Below, one piece after another: positions 62,040 through 64,000 of a stretch of DNA of 64,000 nucleotides. A program made the translations under genes and the position numbers. The stretch's first letter is position 1. Every line of letters begins with the position of its first letter. The notes beneath the pieces are model-generated. The model was not told the DNA's origin. It saw only the letters and a list, made by a program, of their open reading frames with translations, and did no database searches. This DNA is from an uncultured bacterium. Lineage in GTDB: Bacteria; Oederibacteriota; PGYV01; CAWJRG01. The stretch covers positions 576,001-640,000 of the forward strand of contig CAWJRG010000009.1 of the NCBI GenBank assembly GCA_963845185.1, given 5' to 3'.

Positions 62040-63266
62040 ATGAAAAAAATTTTAATTCCCACGTTAATTCTTATCACAATCTTATTTGTATTTAATTGCA
62101 AAAAAATTTCTGCCCCTATTATGCCTGTTGCAACAAATACCCCAACTATCCAAACCAGCGTTTTCGTCCACCCTGGAGCGTGGTCGTCAGCCGGAGAGCT
62201 GAACTTCGTGAAGGCGCGGATCCAGGTAGGAAGCCAGCCCTGGACAAACCAGTTAAATATGATCGAGGGCTCGTCCCAGGGGAACCAGACAACTGCGCTG
62301 TTCTCCGGGACAAGCTTTAATTCATGCACCGTCGAGAGCCAGGGCCAGGCAGACTCCGAAGCTGCTTATGCAAACGCGCTCATCTGGTATTTGGAACCAA
62401 ACAGCGCCAAAGCCACAACCCACGCCAACATGGCGATTGCCATCCTAAATTCCTGGGCGAAAGTACAGAGCATCGTAGCCACAGGAGGCTGTTATAACGA
62501 ACAGAACATGCTGGACGCAGGGTGGTTCGGAGCGGATTTCGCGAATGCGGCTGAGATAATGCGAAGCTATCCGGGCTGGTCAGCCCCGGACATTAAAGCA
62601 TTTCAGAACATGTTAAAGACAGTGTTCTATCCCTTGCTGAATACAGCCAGCACCGGGAACGGGAACATAGACCTCACCCAGATCGACGCAATGATGTCCT
62701 GCGCCATATTCAACGATGACCAGACAGAATTCAACGCGGGCCTATCCAGGCTGCAACTCAGGGTCGCGGCCTACGTATATACTTATACTTCACCTACCAG
62801 TATCCCGCGCATTGCCGGAGACGCATGCTGCGGAACCTGGCCGGCAGCCTTCTGGTATAATCCAACCTCGTGGGTCATTGGGCTGGAACAGGAGACCTGC
62901 CGCGACAACGGTCACCACGTGCAGTTCGGCTTGAATTCGGCGATACACGCTGCGGAAATCGCCTGGCACCAGGGAACAGACGTTTACACTGCCTACCAGG
63001 CAGCCTTTGTGCCTGCCCTGGAGCTGCTGTCACTCCAGTTGACGTCAGGCAGCATGCAGGGCACCTGCAGCAACGACACGTCGGATAATATCAACTCCGA
63101 CCTCTTCGATACTTTTGAAATCGGTTACAACCACTACGCCCTGCGCAAGGGCCTGTCTTTGCCGAATACCAACAATATAATCATGAATCATGTAAGATGC
63201 TGCTCAAATAACTGGATTTTGTTTAACCTGGCATACGAGACACTGACCCACGCAGGGGTGTACTAA
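62040..63266 (+). CDS. alginate lyase-like lipoprotein
   Basis: Lipoprotein-like signal (FNC), FVHPG, AAEIMR, QETCRD.GH, AEIAWHQG.D.Y. Confidence 0.8.
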   Translation: MKKILIPTLILITILFVFNCKKISAPIMPVATNTPTIQTSVFVHPGAWSSAGELNFVKARIQVGSQPWTNQLNMIEGSSQGNQTTALFSGTSFNSCTVESQGQADSEAAYANALIWYLEPNSAKATTHANMAIAILNSWAKVQSIVATGGCYNEQNMLDAGWFGADFANAAEIMRSYPGWSAPDIKAFQNMLKTVFYPLLNTASTGNGNIDLTQIDAMMSCAIFNDDQTEFNAGLSRLQLRVAAYVYTYTSPTSIPRIAGDACCGTWPAAFWYNPTSWVIGLEQETCRDNGHHVQFGLNSAIHAAEIAWHQGTDVYTAYQAAFVPALELLSLQLTSGSMQGTCSNDTSDNINSDLFDTFEIGYNHYALRKGLSLPNTNNIIMNHVRCCSNNWILFNLAYETLTHAGVY

Positions 63267-63275
63267 GGAGGAACA

Positions 63276-63800
63276 ATGGTCGGGACTACCATGAATGTAA
63301 TTGCAAATTCATCCCTTGATAAAATTTTGACAATACTGCTGGTTTTATTTATCGGCCTGCTTGCGTTTATTATTTATAAATTTGAAAAGAAGTTCAGGGT
63401 AAGCAACCTGCTTGTTCACTTTCCCATTTCATTGATAACCAAAGAAGAAGAGAACATAAGCGCGGAATTTTCCAAGATCGGGGTTAATTATCGTGCGGTT
63501 ACAGAGCCCATAAACCAGTCTTTTATCGCGACTATTATCAGCAGCGTCCCGTTAAATGCCGCGGTAGCCCACTATATTAATTTTTTTGAGGGGCTGTGTG
63601 TTTTTGTTGACAAGAAAGTGTTTGACGAGCATGCGGCTGAAGAACTTTACGGCGATTATGTCGTGAAAACATATAAAAAATTTTCAGGTTTCATTGAAAA
63701 CCAGCGCAAGGCCGATAAAGATGAAGAACGCTGGAGATATATGGAAAAGTACGCAAAAAAATGGGCCAAACCGGAACAAAGGTATGACAGGGCAAGATGA
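63276..63800 (+). CDS. hypothetical single-TM protein
   Basis: 174 aa, AAGGAGG RBS, N-terminal TM. Confidence 0.6.
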   Translation: MVGTTMNVIANSSLDKILTILLVLFIGLLAFIIYKFEKKFRVSNLLVHFPISLITKEEENISAEFSKIGVNYRAVTEPINQSFIATIISSVPLNAAVAHYINFFEGLCVFVDKKVFDEHAAEELYGDYVVKTYKKFSGFIENQRKADKDEERWRYMEKYAKKWAKPEQRYDRAR

Positions 63801-63824
63801 TCTGGTATTTAGACGGAGTAATCA

Positions 63825-64000
63825 ATGGAAATAAAAGTTAAACTTACCCTTGATGACTACAGGAAATGGGCTTTCTGGCAATATTACGGCGGACTAAGAG
63901 GGAAAATACTGATCCTGCTGGCAGCGGTTTTTTTTGGCTGCTTTATATTATATATACTGCTTTCGGTGATGTCGGGCATCCATATTGACGCCAGGCTGAC
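63825..64000 (+). CDS. membrane protein, partial (possibly YcxB-like)
   Basis: GGAG RBS, MEIKVKLTLDDY..., runs off the window. Confidence 0.5.
   Translation, partial: MEIKVKLTLDDYRKWAFWQYYGGLRGKILILLAAVFFGCFILYILLSVMSGIHIDARL

Overview
Bacterial chromosomal window, nearly all genes on the + strand. The secretome of Thr-rich, FlgD/T9SS-like-tailed proteins resembles uncultured anaerobic candidate phyla, but taxonomy is not established from the sequence. Core genes: tRNA-Val(GAC), CCA-type nucleotidyltransferase, rplM-rpsI, an ilvD-ilvBN-ilvC-leuACDB-asd run, purB, a PfkB kinase, two aminotransferases and tRNA-Glu(CTC). Accessory material: two DUF2723/TMEM260-like membrane glycosyltransferases; NHL, FGE and PQQ secreted proteins; a ~10 kb island (28.1-38.0 kb) with tandem IS1182 copies, ORF6N, ParB-like, a decayed cassette array, an IS110 relic and a RelE-type TA pair; and a ketosynthase-methyltransferase-B12 radical SAM-sensor kinase cluster disrupted by an IS3 and a frameshift. 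Main unexplained signals: (1) a ~100-nt two-hairpin RNA motif in three diverged, covarying copies, each abutting the RBS of an unrelated gene; (2) a 44-aa Leu/Val-rich leader peptide with attenuator-like structure before ilvD, in tandem with that motif; (3) the candidate signal-synthase plus sensor cluster. All family assignments come from motif recognition, not database searches.
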